Shown: positions 40,168-52,918 of the stretch, in pieces | How positions within the stretch are numbered: the stretch's first letter is position 1 | Layout of the letters: each line of letters begins with the position of its first letter | Assembly: GCA_001179505.1 (NCBI GenBank) | Contig: CDMY01000242.1 | Coordinates: forward strand, 87,043-151,042 | Reading direction: 5' to 3' | DNA from: Vitrella brassicaformis CCMP3155 | Taxonomy: Eukaryota > Protista > Chromerida | Length of the DNA: 64,000 nucleotides | The notes under the pieces: generated by a model | The model's input: only the letters and a program-made list of their open reading frames with translations | What the model was told of the DNA's origin: nothing | The model's database searches: none | Translations under genes and position numbers: made by a program

Positions 40168-41490
40168 ATGACGTCGGTTCGGATGTTGCTGGCGGGTTTG
40201 TTGGGCGTGTTGGCCGTGGGCCTGCTGGGCCTTCCCCTCACCCACGGCAAGAACCTCTACACCCAGGAGCTCCACGACGACAGTGAGGGATGGATGGATG
40301 GCTAGATCTATTGATCTATGGACGTCGTGGAGGCTCTGTGTGTGGTGTGGATGGATGGATGGATGGCTGCAGCGACCATGGAGGAGCGCATGGACGCCAT
40401 CAATGATATCCATAACAACCCCAGTGCCTTCGTTGAGACTGGTGCGCAGATACAAGATGCGCCAATGCCGGCCCACCACCGCCACTCGACATCCGTGCCA
40501 TTCCGTGGTCTGATGAATGTGTGCATATCTGTCTGTGCGTCTGTGTGTGTGCAGGGTCCTCATCGGGTGCCCATCTGCAGGTGTCGTTGGCCGCCATCCA
40601 GCAGCAGCTGGAGCGAGGCACGGCCAGCCACAAGGCCGCCATAGCGGTGCACCAGGCTGCCATCGTCACACATCAAGAGGCCCTCAACGCCATGGAGGCC
40701 GCCGAGCAAAACATGAACGCCCTCACCGACAAAGCGACCAGCCGCGGTGTGGATGGATCATCGACATGTGTGTGTCGTGTATCTGTGTGTATCTGTGTGT
40801 GTGTGTGTGTGTGTGTCAGGGCTGTGTTCGTACAACGGCTCCGTATTCTGCAGTTTAGCCCTCAAGGGGCGAATTGTGGGATGGGGTGAATTGTGGCACC
40901 GGCTGCAAGTGCTGGAAGCACAACTGCATCGTGAGTACACATCTTTGACGACTGGCAGCGACAGACAGACAGACAGACGCGAAGGATCTCTCTCTCTCTC
41001 TCTGCGTGTGTGTGCGTGTGTGTGTGTGGTCTTCAGCCTAAAGCCGATTACGTCTTCTTCGTGGAGGAGGTCAAGACCATACGCACACACATGTCATTGT
41101 CTGTCTGTCAATGAGTGTGTCTGTGTGTGTGCAGGAGAAGTCCAAGCACCGGCGTAGGATGGATCATCGATGTGTGGTGGTGTATCTGTGTATCTGTGTG
41201 TGTGTGTGTGTGCGTGTGTGTGTGCGTCAGGGCTGTGTTCGTACAACGGCTCCGTATTCTGCAGTTTAGCCCTCAAGGGGCGAATTGTGGGATGGGGTGT
41301 TTTGTGGCACCGGCTGCAAGTGCTGGAAGCGCAACTGCATCGTAAGTACACATCTTTGATCACTGGCAGCAACAGACAGACAGACAGACAGACGCAAAGG
41401 ATCTCTCTCTCTCTCTTCTGTGCGTGTGTGCGTGGTCTTCAGCCTGAGGCCTTATATTATCATTATGTTTATTATTCTACGAATACTTGA
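40168..41490 (+). CDS. Secreted protein with a coiled segment and two Cys-rich repeats
   Basis: Signal peptide MTSVRMLLAGLLGVLAVGLLGLPLTHG; phase-1 exons; duplicated GELWDGV(N/F)CGTGCKCWK(H/R)NCI. Frame continuity needs a 37-nt intron or a frameshift. Confidence 0.55.
40745..41445. repeat. Tandem duplication of an exon-intron block, period 411 bp
   Basis: Exon starts at 40820 and 41231 with near-identical exon and flanking intron sequence. Confidence 0.9.
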
Positions 41491-43397
41491 GGCGGTGAGC
41501 GCGTCTGCCGGCCGGCCCGGGCAGGTGGGTGAGAGACCAGAAACAAACAAAAAAGACAGCAGACAGACAGACAGACAGACCTCTGTCTATATATCAGCAG
41601 CGGCACAGACATACAATACAGCATCAATCCAATCCAATCCAATCAGGCGTTTGTGCGTCTGTGTCTCTGTGAGTGTGCAGGTAGATATGTAGCTGTAGCC
41701 TACACACCGACGTGGCTAGGGAGGGGGAGAGAGAGGGGAGAGAGCACTTTACTTTTTGCTGACAGCATCAGACAGACACCTCACCTGTCCGGCTACACCA
41801 TTTCTTTTCAGACGGGCGGGCGGGCACACACACAGAGACAGAGAGAGAGAGAGAGATTGACACACACAGGATTTTGCAATGTGTGTGTGTGTGTGTGTGT
41901 GATTTGGGTGATCCACTGTGTGTCTGGCTGTCTGCCTGTCTGGCTGCGCATCCAAGTGTGTGTCCGTTGCGTTGGTGGAATATCCTTTGATGGACGGACC
42001 GATTCTTTGCGTGACGCCCTGTGTTCATCTGTTTAAGCGGTCCATACGGCGAGGACGAGTCAGTAGTTGAAGCGTCGACAGTCGACTCATGTCTTTCCCA
42101 CAACAAACACCCCATCCACCGCCACACACACAATAAGGCGGACGATGGTCCTCCTGCAATGGTGAGCCTTTTGTCTGATGAAATGCCATTTCTCCTCAAC
42201 ACTCAGTGACCAACCAACAGGCCGACACCATCATGTCTCTTGAGGCCGGCATGAGTTTCGCTGCATCAGGAGCCTTGGCAGTCGGCATGTTGTGTGGGCG
42301 TCTCACCCTCTATGTGATGCCGTCGGGCCCGCTCAGCCGACCACCACCTGCACACACACACAAACACACATACACGAACAGACACGGACGGGTAAGCATA
42401 GCGCTGCCCTTTAACACACAAGCCAGCCATCAGTGTGTCGTGTCCTCTTTCCGTCCCATGGCCTGTTGAATGTGCCATGTTTCCATCGGCCGACCGAGGA
42501 GACCATCGCACACACACAGCAGACCGACACAAACAAAACCACACCAATGTATGCAATGATGGCCCATTAATGGCGTGTCTGTCTTGTCTGAGCATGTGCC
42601 TCCGTCGTGAGACGCACGTCGATGCTCTTCGTGCTGGGCGGTTGTTCGTGTGTCTGTCGCAGAGTCGTGACCTCATCGATGGCCTGGTGTCTCGAGCTGA
42701 GACGCCATGGTCAGGTGGCGATCGGCTCGTTGACACACGAAGAATGAACGACACACGCAGACAGACACACAGACACACAGACAGAATGGATGGATGGATG
42801 GAGTGAGTGAATGTCAGGCACTTTCTGGTGATCGAAGTGACGAGTCCGTCAAAGAGACAGTCAGGGCACACGCGCTGCCCTGTCAGGCCACAATGACGCA
42901 CAGATAAGACGTATTGATTTGAACCTCAAGGTGTCTCAGCGGTTTTCCTGCTCCGATTGTGTGTTGTGAGTGAATGTCGGGATGTTTCTGATTGATTATC
43001 GAAGTGACGAGGCCTCAGTCGAAAAAGGTTGACACGCACACACATGATCATGTCTGCACATGGACACGAATGAGTCATCAGTCCGTCATGCTGTCGGGTC
43101 TGAGTCAGTCGCTAGGAAGCTGGCTACACACTGCCGCCATCAATCAAGCTGCAGCAATGCTCCTCCTCCCTTCGTATACACATACTACCTGCAACACACA
43201 CACACACACAGAGAGAGAGAGAGGAAAGCGGCGGCTTGCCTCGTGTGTGTGATGATGTGTGCTGCAGTGTTGTGTCACCGGCCTCTGCCGCCGTCTATGT
43301 GTGCTGTCAGATCGGTTCAGCCGCTGCCCACCTGCACACAGAACACATACAGCAGCGCTACCGACAGCCAGCCAGCCATATGTGCCCTCCATGCCCC

Positions 43398-45329
43398 TCA
43401 CACACACACCTGCCAGATCTCCATCTCATCGCACGTGAAGTCGAGGGACTGCGCTAGTCTGCCGTTGCCGCGCTTAGTGACCTCCCCTCTGTAGCCGGGC
43501 GAAAGGCCATCCGCCTTGATCCACTGGCAGCTGCTGAGGTCGGCCGCAGGACCAGGTTGAGCCCACCCCAACCAGAGGACTCCAGCAACGCGACCGATGC
43601 GGGCATTTGCACTCCAGTCCATGTTGCTTGCCTTCACCGCCCCCTGTGTGCCGGCCACCCTCACCATCTGCCACTCCTCGGGTATCTCGATCTTGGTCGG
43701 CGCGTCATACGCACCCGACAGCGAATAGAAGAAAAGGGGCACCTTGTAGCCGTTGGTCTCTGTTGGGTCGTCTGGGGGGTTGATCTCGCCGTCGATGAAG
43801 CATCCGAAGCGGTGTGTGTCGCCATCTCGGAGGGCGAAGAGCAGGCCGCTCTTGCCCTCGACGCACTCGAGCATCTTGGGGAAGGCATACGTGTCACGAC
43901 TGCCCCTGACAGACGACACACACAGAAGGACAATGTGGTCTCGGCCTGTCATCTGCCTCTGGCGTGTGAGTGCTTCATCTCACTTGTACAGCAGTGATGG
44001 CGCTACAGCGATCTTCTTGTCCGTCATCTTCATCACCGCCAGCCACTCGTCGGCCGTCGTGATCACATCGGACGCTCCCGCCGCCCCAGCGAGGGGCGGC
44101 ACCGTGTTGAGGCCGTACATGCCCAACTCGACGGCGAACATCTCCTTCTCGTGCGGCGCGATCACCGGCGGATGCACGAACCTGCAAGCCGGCATCACGG
44201 TCAGCCGGCGGCCGAAGTCGACGATGAGTCGGAGGAATTTGAGGGACGCCTGGCGTGCCTCCTGGTCGGGCCACTCATCGCTGGATGAACACACATACAC
44301 ACAGATACCAATGGCTTCTCCTTCCTCCTCTCTGCTGCCTTACGGGTTGTAACGCTTGACGAGGGCATGGTTGCGTCCGAAGGGTGCGATCGTACGGCGG
44401 AGCACCGACACGTCCTCATCGCGAACGGTCAGTGTCATCACCCCGGTCTCCTCACCGCTGCTGTCCCCCTTGACGAACGGCCGGATGGCCGCCACGAAGG
44501 CCTTCATCTCCTCCTTCTGCTTCTGCAGGCCCTCGAGCAGACTCTCGTAGCGCCTCATGTGCTCATCTATCTGCCGAAACACCCCCTTCACCCCGCCCTC
44601 CCCGTCCCCTCCCTCCCTCTGCCCCTCTTGGCCGCTCCCGTCGGCCATCTCTACATCCCGCTGCTCGCCTCCCCCGGCACCATTTGCCGATGCTGCTGCC
44701 GACGAGCCGGGTGCTCGCGGCTGCTCCTCGATCTCGATATCACCGCCCAGCTTGTTTGTGATGAACAGCGAGTGGTACTCGGAGTATGAGGGATCCTCAC
44801 TCTCGGGCGAATGGATGGCGATCTCGTCCAAGTGAGGGCTCTGTAGCAGCTCCAGCTGGTCACTCAGCCAGGCGAAATAGGGCGGATGCATCTCGAGGAA
44901 TGGCAGACTGTTGGCGTCCTTGGGCAGGGCGTCGATGAAGTGCAGCAGCAGGGTGGAGAGGTACGTCCGCTTCGTCTTAGGGTGCAAGAGGGCTAACACG
45001 GGAATCGACATGACAGTGCCGCCCACGTTGAGCTTGAGCTTGCCGCTGGTCTTGTGCGGCTCCACCGTGCCGCCGTTTGCGATGAAGAGCTGCTTGATCT
45101 CCGCCGCCAGCTGCTCGATTTCGCCCTCTGCCGCAGCTGCTGCCGTCTTGAACACGCCACGAAGGCCATCCATGCATCCTGCCGCCTGCTCAACCACCGC
45201 ATCGACCTCCTCACGACCGCTGGTCACGCCATGCAGCCGGGAGGGGACGACTGACTCATCATCGGCCGCTTCGCCGACGGTGGTTTTCCGCTTCTTCGAA
45301 CCAGCTGGCGCTGCTGCTGCGGCCGACAT
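43398..45329 (-). CDS. BTB-BTB-TLDc protein, copy 2
   Basis: MSAAAAAPAGSKKRK...KLKLNVGGTV...LPKDANSLPFLE; second BTB-like TLTVRDEDVSVLRRT; TLDc HRFGCFIDG...FFYSLSG...FTCDEMEIWQV. Confidence 0.82.
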
Positions 45330-45852
45330 CGTCAATGGCCTAAGGAAATACGTTATGCTATGCAGCTGGGTTGGTTGGTTGGTTGGTTAGTGTGTTTAAC
45401 GAGACTCGTGTCTGTAACCCTGGAGGGATCCTGTTGTCTCACGCACTAAACTAGCAGCATGTACATGCAAAGCATGCACACGGCCTGTCTACCCCTCCCT
45501 GCACTGGCACCGGCGGACAAACAGATGGCAGCAGAGAGCACTGGCTGCCTTGTAGAACGTTGACAAACACCGATTCCGGCTACATACACAAGAACGGGCG
45601 CTGTCGCCCAGCAAGAGCCATGGCAAGTGTACTGGGTGTGATGTGCTGGGTTGTGAACCCTTGTGCAAGGGTTTTGAACCCGATCACCCCAAGTCCCCAA
45701 CCCGACCCGAGCGACTGTTGACCAACCGTCTTGACCAGGGTGAGCACACGAGCACACACACACACACACATTCCACCAATTGATCACGACAGCCGGCAGG
45801 CACGGCTCGTTGCTGATGGCGTTTCTCTCTCTGAGATGTGTGGTGTGTGCAG

Positions 45853-47253
45853 ATGTTTCCTTTTGCCCGACGAGTGCGTCCTCTTGCCCTGAGGCGACTC
45901 GCAAGCAGCCACCTGCAGACCCTACCCACGATCGGCCGCGCCTTCTCTTCCGCCGCCGACGTGATGCCGCAACCTGGACAGCGCTTTACAATTGACGGCC
46001 CTCCGGAGGGCAAGGGGTATTATCCTATCGAGTATGCGGTGAAGCTGCCTGACCTGACGGAGAAGGAGATGAAGGAGATTTCCAGGCGACTCGGTGCCGA
46101 GTATCTCTCTGTGGCGCCATCTGCACGACAGCACAGCTACCCTCCCAAGGGCGTCCGGCACCAGGGAACCCCGTGTGTCAACCTCGTGTGTGAAGGAAGC
46201 GGGAAGCCGATTAACGTGCTCTTCGTCGTTGACACGACCGCCGTGTGGACTTATTTTACCAAGGAGGCCAGAGAGCTTCTGCACCCGGACCGTGTTATCT
46301 CGCCGCTTTTTCGGATTCGGATTGAGGATCACCTGGGCAAGGATCTGCTGATCGAGTGTGCGGACTTGTTCGGTGACTTCGAGCACATCAACATTCTGGC
46401 AACAACCGCGATGGCGAAGCTCGGGTGGTGGCCGGTCGTCGACTGGGGGAGAGGCTCGTTTGTCATGGCCCCCGTGAGTATTGGCGAGCGTCAGTGGGGG
46501 CCAGGAGTTTGGGCGGGCTGGGATGGGGAGGGTCTGCAGGTGGCTGCTCGTGAGCCCCTCACGAGCAGCAGTGCCTTGTCTTCCGCCCCGAACGTGAAGT
46601 CGCCAGCTGGACAAGTGCTTCATCGAGAGGAGAAGGTTACATCTTTCGATGGCCCTGCGGAGGGCAAGGCGCGTTATCCTCACGAGTATGCGGTGAAGCT
46701 GCCTGACCTGACGGAGGAGGACATGAAGGAGATCTCCAGGCGACTCGGTGCCGAGTATCTCTCTGTGGCGCCATATCCACGTCAGCACAGCTACCCGCCC
46801 GAGGGCGTCCTGCACGTGCCCCTCTATCGCCTGTGCGTCAACCTCGTGTGTCGCTGGGATCCCCTCCACGGGGGATTCGGGAAGCCGATTAACGTGCTCT
46901 TCGTCATCGACACGACCGCCGTGTGGTCCTACCTGAGCAAGAGGGCCATGGCTGCGCTTCTCGAGAAACCCATCGACAGCGATGCCATCGACAGCGGTGC
47001 CCTCCCGTCGACCGTGACGGTGCGGATTGAGGATCACCTGGGCAAGGATCGCCTGATCGAGTGTGCGCAGTCTTTCGGCGACTGGGAGCACATCAACATC
47101 CTGGGAACAAAAGCCATGGGGAGGCTCGGGTGGTCACCGCTCCTCGACTGGGATACGGGATTGGTAATCATGGCCCCGGTGAGGATCGGTAAGGTCCGGT
47201 GGTGGCCAGGAGTTTGGGCACAGATAGATAGCGGAAAATGGAGCTGCAGCTAG
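45853..47253 (+). CDS. Intronless 466-aa protein with two tandem retropepsin-like domains and a mitochondrial-type leader
   Basis: Leader MFPFARRVRPLALRRLASS. Both repeats carry NVLFV(V/I)DTTAVW(T/S)Y and INIL(A/G)T.AM..LG, in place of the hhhDTG and hhGxxhL motifs. Confidence 0.7.
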   Translation: MFPFARRVRPLALRRLASSHLQTLPTIGRAFSSAADVMPQPGQRFTIDGPPEGKGYYPIEYAVKLPDLTEKEMKEISRRLGAEYLSVAPSARQHSYPPKGVRHQGTPCVNLVCEGSGKPINVLFVVDTTAVWTYFTKEARELLHPDRVISPLFRIRIEDHLGKDLLIECADLFGDFEHINILATTAMAKLGWWPVVDWGRGSFVMAPVSIGERQWGPGVWAGWDGEGLQVAAREPLTSSSALSSAPNVKSPAGQVLHREEKVTSFDGPAEGKARYPHEYAVKLPDLTEEDMKEISRRLGAEYLSVAPYPRQHSYPPEGVLHVPLYRLCVNLVCRWDPLHGGFGKPINVLFVIDTTAVWSYLSKRAMAALLEKPIDSDAIDSGALPSTVTVRIEDHLGKDRLIECAQSFGDWEHINILGTKAMGRLGWSPLLDWDTGLVIMAPVRIGKVRWWPGVWAQIDSGKWSCS

Positions 47254-47650
47254 ACAGTCAGCTGGAGAGCCAGGCACTCATGTGTGTGTATCATATGGCA
47301 TGCGACTTCTTTATCGGTGTCCGATTGGGTGCTGCTGTGCTGCTGCTGTGCTGCTGGCCTGTTCATATAGCCTTGATGTGGCGTGTGTGGCGTGTCCATG
47401 TGTGTCGCCCTGTGCTTGGTTTGTGTTCGAGACTGTCAGTTAGGAACATTCTACTGATGAACCTTCATGGCACATTCATATAATCCATCTGTCGACTCTG
47501 TCTATCCATCATGCAATGCAGCATAGTCATTTGCATTCGATCTGCAATGCATATACACACGCCAACTGTCTGTTGCCTTTCCACCGTGCGGTCAAATGTG
47601 CAGGGTTTCCAAACCCACCGGTCACCCCAAAGATCTGCGAGAGATCATTG

Positions 47651-48999
47651 ATGTTCGCTCCGCTTATCCCGCTGCTCTTTCCCGTCACCGCCTTTCTCTC
47701 ATTCCCCTGCAATGGGCATGCCCGTCCATCACCATCCGGCTTCGTCGCCCATGCACCCGTACGTCCGTTTCGGCAGCTGCCATCTTTCCTGAGGGCGACA
47801 GGTGACCACACAGACAGCAGCAGCAGCAGCAGCGTTGTGCCACAGGCTGGTCAGAGAGGCTGGGAGGAGATCCGGAGGGGCGAGCCGCCGTCATTGCCTC
47901 TGTCGAAGCTGCCGCATGCCGACGCGGTGGACGAGGATGCCTTCTATGCGATGAATGCCTGGGAGAGAATGGCACTGGGGCTATTCAGGTCAGTCAGGGA
48001 ATGAGAGAAGCCTTTCAAGAGGGTGTGGGGTGGTCATGGATTTGTGTGCGTGTGTTCAGGGAACAGGTGCAGCGGCAGATCGGCTATGCGTCGCCCATGG
48101 AGGGCTATGACGGCCTCATTGACGAAGCCAAGTGAGCCACACGGACACACAGACACACACAGACACACACGTGCCTGCCACCTGACTGAATGTGTGTCGT
48201 TCGTTCGTTTGTGTCAACAGGCACTTCATGTTGGTGCAGAATGCGACCACGTCGCTGCAGGAGGCCATGGTCCTCAACGTGCTCAGGTCCCTCTCCGGCC
48301 CCCTCCTGCCCATCTTCTTCCGCACATTCGTCGCGCCGTGGCCGTACGGACCGCTCATGACGTCAATCGTGAGCAGCCGATGTGGGTGGACCTATATCTG
48401 TGTGTGTGCGAGGGTTGTGTTGTGTGTGGTCATTCGTGTAGGTGACGCCCCTGCTGCTGTCGTTTCTCGTTGGGCCGGTGGAGGTCAACAGAAGGGAAGA
48501 CGGCCGGCTGGGGGGCGTCTTGGTCAAGAGGTGCAGGTGAGCACATACACATGCCTTCGAACGGACAGACACGAAGGTCTTAAGACACAGAACTCCCTGT
48601 GTGTGTGTGGTGTCCCGTGTGTCAACCGACAGGTTTCTGGCGGCGACCAAGTGCAAGGGTCTGTGTCTGAACATGTGCAAGTCGCCCGCACAAACGTACT
48701 TTCGCGACGTACTCGGCCTCGACATGACCATGCGGTCAGTCAGTCACCCCCTCCCCCCATACGCACACACCAACACGCACACGAATACGTTCGATTCATG
48801 CGTTTGGTTCCCTCCCCTCCTCTTTGCTGTCTGCAGGCCCAACTTCGCCACGTGTGAGTGTCAGCTGTCGTTTGGCCTGGCCCCGCCGCCCATAGAGGAG
48901 GACGTGTCGGTGCCGAGCGACTGCCTGGGGCAGTGTGGGTGGAAGAGCCAGCTGATGCAGAGGCCCGGGGATAGGGAGATGATCTGCTCACGCAAGTGA
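47651..48999 (+). CDS. D27: DWARF27-like beta-carotene isomerase (DUF4033), plastid-targeted
   Basis: VTPLLLSFLVGPVEV...GVLVKR|CRFLAATKCKGLCLNMCKSPAQTYFRDVLGLDMTMR|PNFATCECQLSFGLAPPP is the D27 Cys motif. Signal plus transit-like leader. Confidence 0.88.
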
Positions 49000-49475
49000 G
49001 GGACGTGTGTGCGAGGGGGTGAGGGGGTCGGTTTGTTGATAGACAGACGATGGATGGATGGATGGATGTGATAAGGTAGGCACTTAGTGAATGCACAGAC
49101 GGTACAGATGTGTGCAGAGAGGGACATTCATTTGAGAGATTGGTGTGTTTTTGAGTCAACCACGGCATAGGCAGCACTGCACTGCACAGCAACGCAGGTC
49201 AGTCAATGCAAGACATCGTCTGTCTACTCACATCAGCCAGCTGCCTAACCACCACCACCCGAGCTGCACACACCATGCACCACTTACACAAGACGATTAA
49301 AAGCGGTGCAAGCATTTTGTTTCCGGTCCAATGGACGTGGTCAAGCTACACCTTGTCGCCTGGATCAACGAACGAATGTCTCTCTCTGTCAGCCATCCGC
49401 CCATCAATCAAGCTTGCTACTGCTCTGCTACTCCTCTGCCGCCATCCATCCATCAGTGTGTGCGTGTGTCTACGT

Positions 49476-52369
49476 CTAGAGCACGTCGTCGTCCTCCTCG
49501 TCCTCGTCATGGTCGTCGATGCCACCACCAACACCACCACCACCGGGGCGCACCGGCCGCATCCCACGGCGGTCCCCACCCTGAACCGGCACCTATGTAT
49601 AGGACACACACACACACAGAGTGAGAGAGGGGGAGGGGCATTCATTGTGTGTGGGGGGAGATGCGGGGGGTGTGGCTGTGTGGTGTACGTACGTCATCGC
49701 TTTCTCCCTCGTCTTCGTCGAGTAGGTCGTCCTCCTCTTCATCCTCCTCCTCTGTCGACTCGTACGGCGGGCGGCGGGCGGCCAGGCCGCCTCCTGACAC
49801 ACACACACACATACACATACACACACATTCACATAGAGAGTTTGTCTGTGTGTGTGTGTGGATGGGAGAGGTGGCCGGCCACACTGACTGACTGACCTGT
49901 GTGCTGTTCGTCTATGTCGTCATCCTCATCTGCTTCGTCGCTCTCGTCACTCTCTTCGCCGTACATGCTGCCTATCACCTCCCCCTACACACATATGAAT
50001 GGCTGGCCGGTTGGGCATCAGACTGCCTCTTTCAGGCACGCTCTCTGGACGCACCGCACCTGTCTGCCGCCCCTCTCCCTGGGCGCCGGTCGTCGCGGCC
50101 TCTCGGCGTTCATGGCCGCTGCGGCCATTGACGGGTGGTCCTCGTCTATCGACTCATCCTGGTCAAACAAAGGCTGAGCGAACCACACCCACACACACAG
50201 AGAGAGATGTGTGTGTGTGTTGGGGAGGTGTTACCTCATTGGCGTTGATTTCGGTCTCGCCACGGAGGAGCCGCCACTCCTGCCCATCCATCCATCCATC
50301 CGTTCATGTGGGTATGTGTCTGTGAGTGGTACGACATCCATCGTGTGTGTGGCGTGGCGCACCTCCTCCCTGAGCCTCTTTTGCATCTTCTTCATGCGCC
50401 GTTCGTTCTCGTCCATACGCAGCTGCTCCTGATAGGCACACAGTCACAAGAACATTCACACATGGCGACACACGCATGGCATGCATCGAATGCATTCACT
50501 GACTGACCTGGCGGTTCATTTCGTCCAGCTCGTGCTCGAGATGGTCCAAGTTGCTGCAGCAATGCATCCATCCATCCGTCCGTCATGAAAAAGATACCGT
50601 GTGTGTGGATGTGCACACCTGATCGATTTGTGTGTGTGTGTGTGTGCGTACCGCTGTCGGTCTACGTATAGGCCGTAGTAGTGCCTCAGCTCCCTCTCGT
50701 GGCGCTCATACTCCTCCAGAAAGGCCGGACGCACCTTTACACACACACAGTCACACACACACACACACACACACACGTGTGTGGTGGTATGGTTAGGCTC
50801 ACTCACTCACCCCAGCCATGTTCTGTAGCCTCTTCTCAGCTCGCTCGACGTCGGCCTGTTTCTTCTTGATCTGGCTGCGCAGGCGGGCCTCGTCCTTCTC
50901 GAGCGCAGCGCACATCGACCTGCACACGAATGCACAAACGAACGTGTTAAGCTGTTCTGATGATTAGCGGATGCTTGTCGGATGCTTATCTTACTTCATC
51001 TGCTCGAGGCTGTCTGTGTCGCTGCGCATCATCCGCTTGATGGACTTTTCTATGAAATCACGCCTGCAGCCCAGCCACACACGAGTTGTGCTGGGAGTGC
51101 GTCTGCCAGCCCTGCGCACACGCACTCACTCAGTGGTGCTATCGAGGTTTCGGCTGATGCTATCCAGGAAGGCAAGAGCCTGCACACGCACACATATTGA
51201 TGTACCTCAGTCTCTCTCTGTCTTCACATAAGTGCACACCTTTTCCCTGGCCTCTCTGTTGTCGCCATCCCTCCCCAGCAAGTCGTGCAGCCGCGCACCA
51301 GACTCAACTATCTAAATGTGAAAACGCCACACACACAGAGATGCATAGCGTACACCCATACTCGCTCGTCGGGGGATGAGTTGATAGACAGACATACCTG
51401 TGAACTGAGTGCCTTTGCCGCTTTCAGGTCCGCCAACTTGCCCGCCAGCAGATGGTCGGGCGGCGCTGCGCACACAGAACATCACAAGCCAACACACACA
51501 CATACACTTTGACAGATGAATGCGATTCTGGTGTGTGCCGACCTTCGGTGGATCCGCTGAGGCTGCCCGCCGGCTGTGATGGGTTGCTTGTGTCGGTGAC
51601 GGCCCGCATGCCCTCGTACAGCATCCGGGCCACCTTGACCATCTCCTTAACCGCGTACATGTCCGCACCTGCACACACGAGTGACTGAGTGAGTGAGTGG
51701 CACAAGTTGGGTGCATCGCATCAATGGGGGCCGATTCGTCCGCCCGGCTGCCTGCCGACCGTATAGGCGTTTGGGGTTCATCTTGATGCGCGTCTTGACA
51801 GCTACCACCTGCACACACACACACACCACGTGTGGGTGGGTAGGTCGAACCATTCGCTGTTTTTGTTCTTCCTGTCAGGCTTGCCTCGCATATCTTCTTG
51901 ACGAACTCAATCCGGTGCGGCTCGTCAGTGATGTCGTCCGGGATGCTGCACACACACACACACAGACAGAGCACCACATTGAGCGGACGTTCGTCCCTGC
52001 CCCTTTCACGTATGTGTGTGTGCGCACTTGACAGTCGGGTCCAGCCGATGGCACAGCCAATCCTGCATTCACGACACACCACACTTCACTTGCGGGCACA
52101 TCTATCGCAAGGATCTGGGCGTGTGAGATAAATGACTGACTGACCATGATGTCGGCGACGAGCTCGAAGTTTGGCGTCCTGAAGTTGTCAAGGGATATCA
52201 GCCGGGGATACCCCAGGTGACGCAGGTACTCCACAAACGACCTGCATCCATCAATTGGGCGCAGTCGGAAGCAGAAGAGAACAAAAGGACGACAGCATGA
52301 TATCGGCACTTTGCCGAATCTTTCTGTGTATGTTGATAGATTGATGCACCTGATCTCACGGTATGACAT
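49476..52369 (-). CDS. CLUAP1: Clusterin-associated protein 1 / IFT38 (IFT-B subunit)
   Basis: MSYREIR|SFVEYLRHLGYPRLISLDNFRTPNFELVADIM, KRLY..|ADMYAVKEMVKVARMLY, RPAFLEEYERHERELRHYYGLYVDR, and an acidic tail. Confidence 0.93.
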
Positions 52370-52918
52370 GGCTGCAGCGGGGGAGCTTTTCGGGGAAAGA
52401 AATTGAGGGCGGAATCGCGAGCCTTTTTGGCGAGATTTCGTATTCTCGCCTCGCGGAGACGGCGATCAGAGCCATCAATTAAAGCAGTTCACCTTCCCTC
52501 GTCGTGCATCCTCAATGGAGCATTTCCCTCACCTCTTTTTCCAATCATTTGCCCGCAACTTGAGGGCTTTCCGAACGGCAGGTGCCGCTCTTTTCATCTG
52601 CTCATTCCTCAGCAGCAGCGCTTCGTGGACCGCCTCTGGTGCAGCTGATTCGCCCGCCCCAGCCGCGGCAGGTCTGGAGGCGTCTGTAGGATTCGGTAGC
52701 GGAGGACAACTTGGCGTCTACGCAGACGACGAGTGCAGGTAAGGGAGCGACCACCAAAGGAGAACCCACCTGAGGCGACCACCAAAGGAGAACCTCACCT
52801 GAGGGAATGGTACAATTGTTAACGATAAGGTGATGAGGCACAGCCAGCCGTCCATCTGTGTGTTTTCGTGCTGATGTGCGAGATGAAGGGCCGGGACAAC
52901 TTCAACGAGAAGCGCGGA

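Noticed and set aside
40820-40870. Stop-codon readthrough (TAG) to explain the Cys-rich frame
   Set aside because: The upstream donor is phase 1 in both repeats, which does not enter that frame; a micro-intron or frameshift is simpler.
42020-42800. Coding-looking plus-strand blocks (ADTIMSLEAGMSF...GRLTLYVMP) and a nearby imperfect repeat at ~42808/42970
   Set aside because: No coherent model or recognisable family; too weak to call.
45922-47091. 389-aa minus-strand ORF (similarly 18113-18961 and 21971-22651)
   Set aside because: Antisense shadows of GC-rich coding exons, with no motifs of their own.
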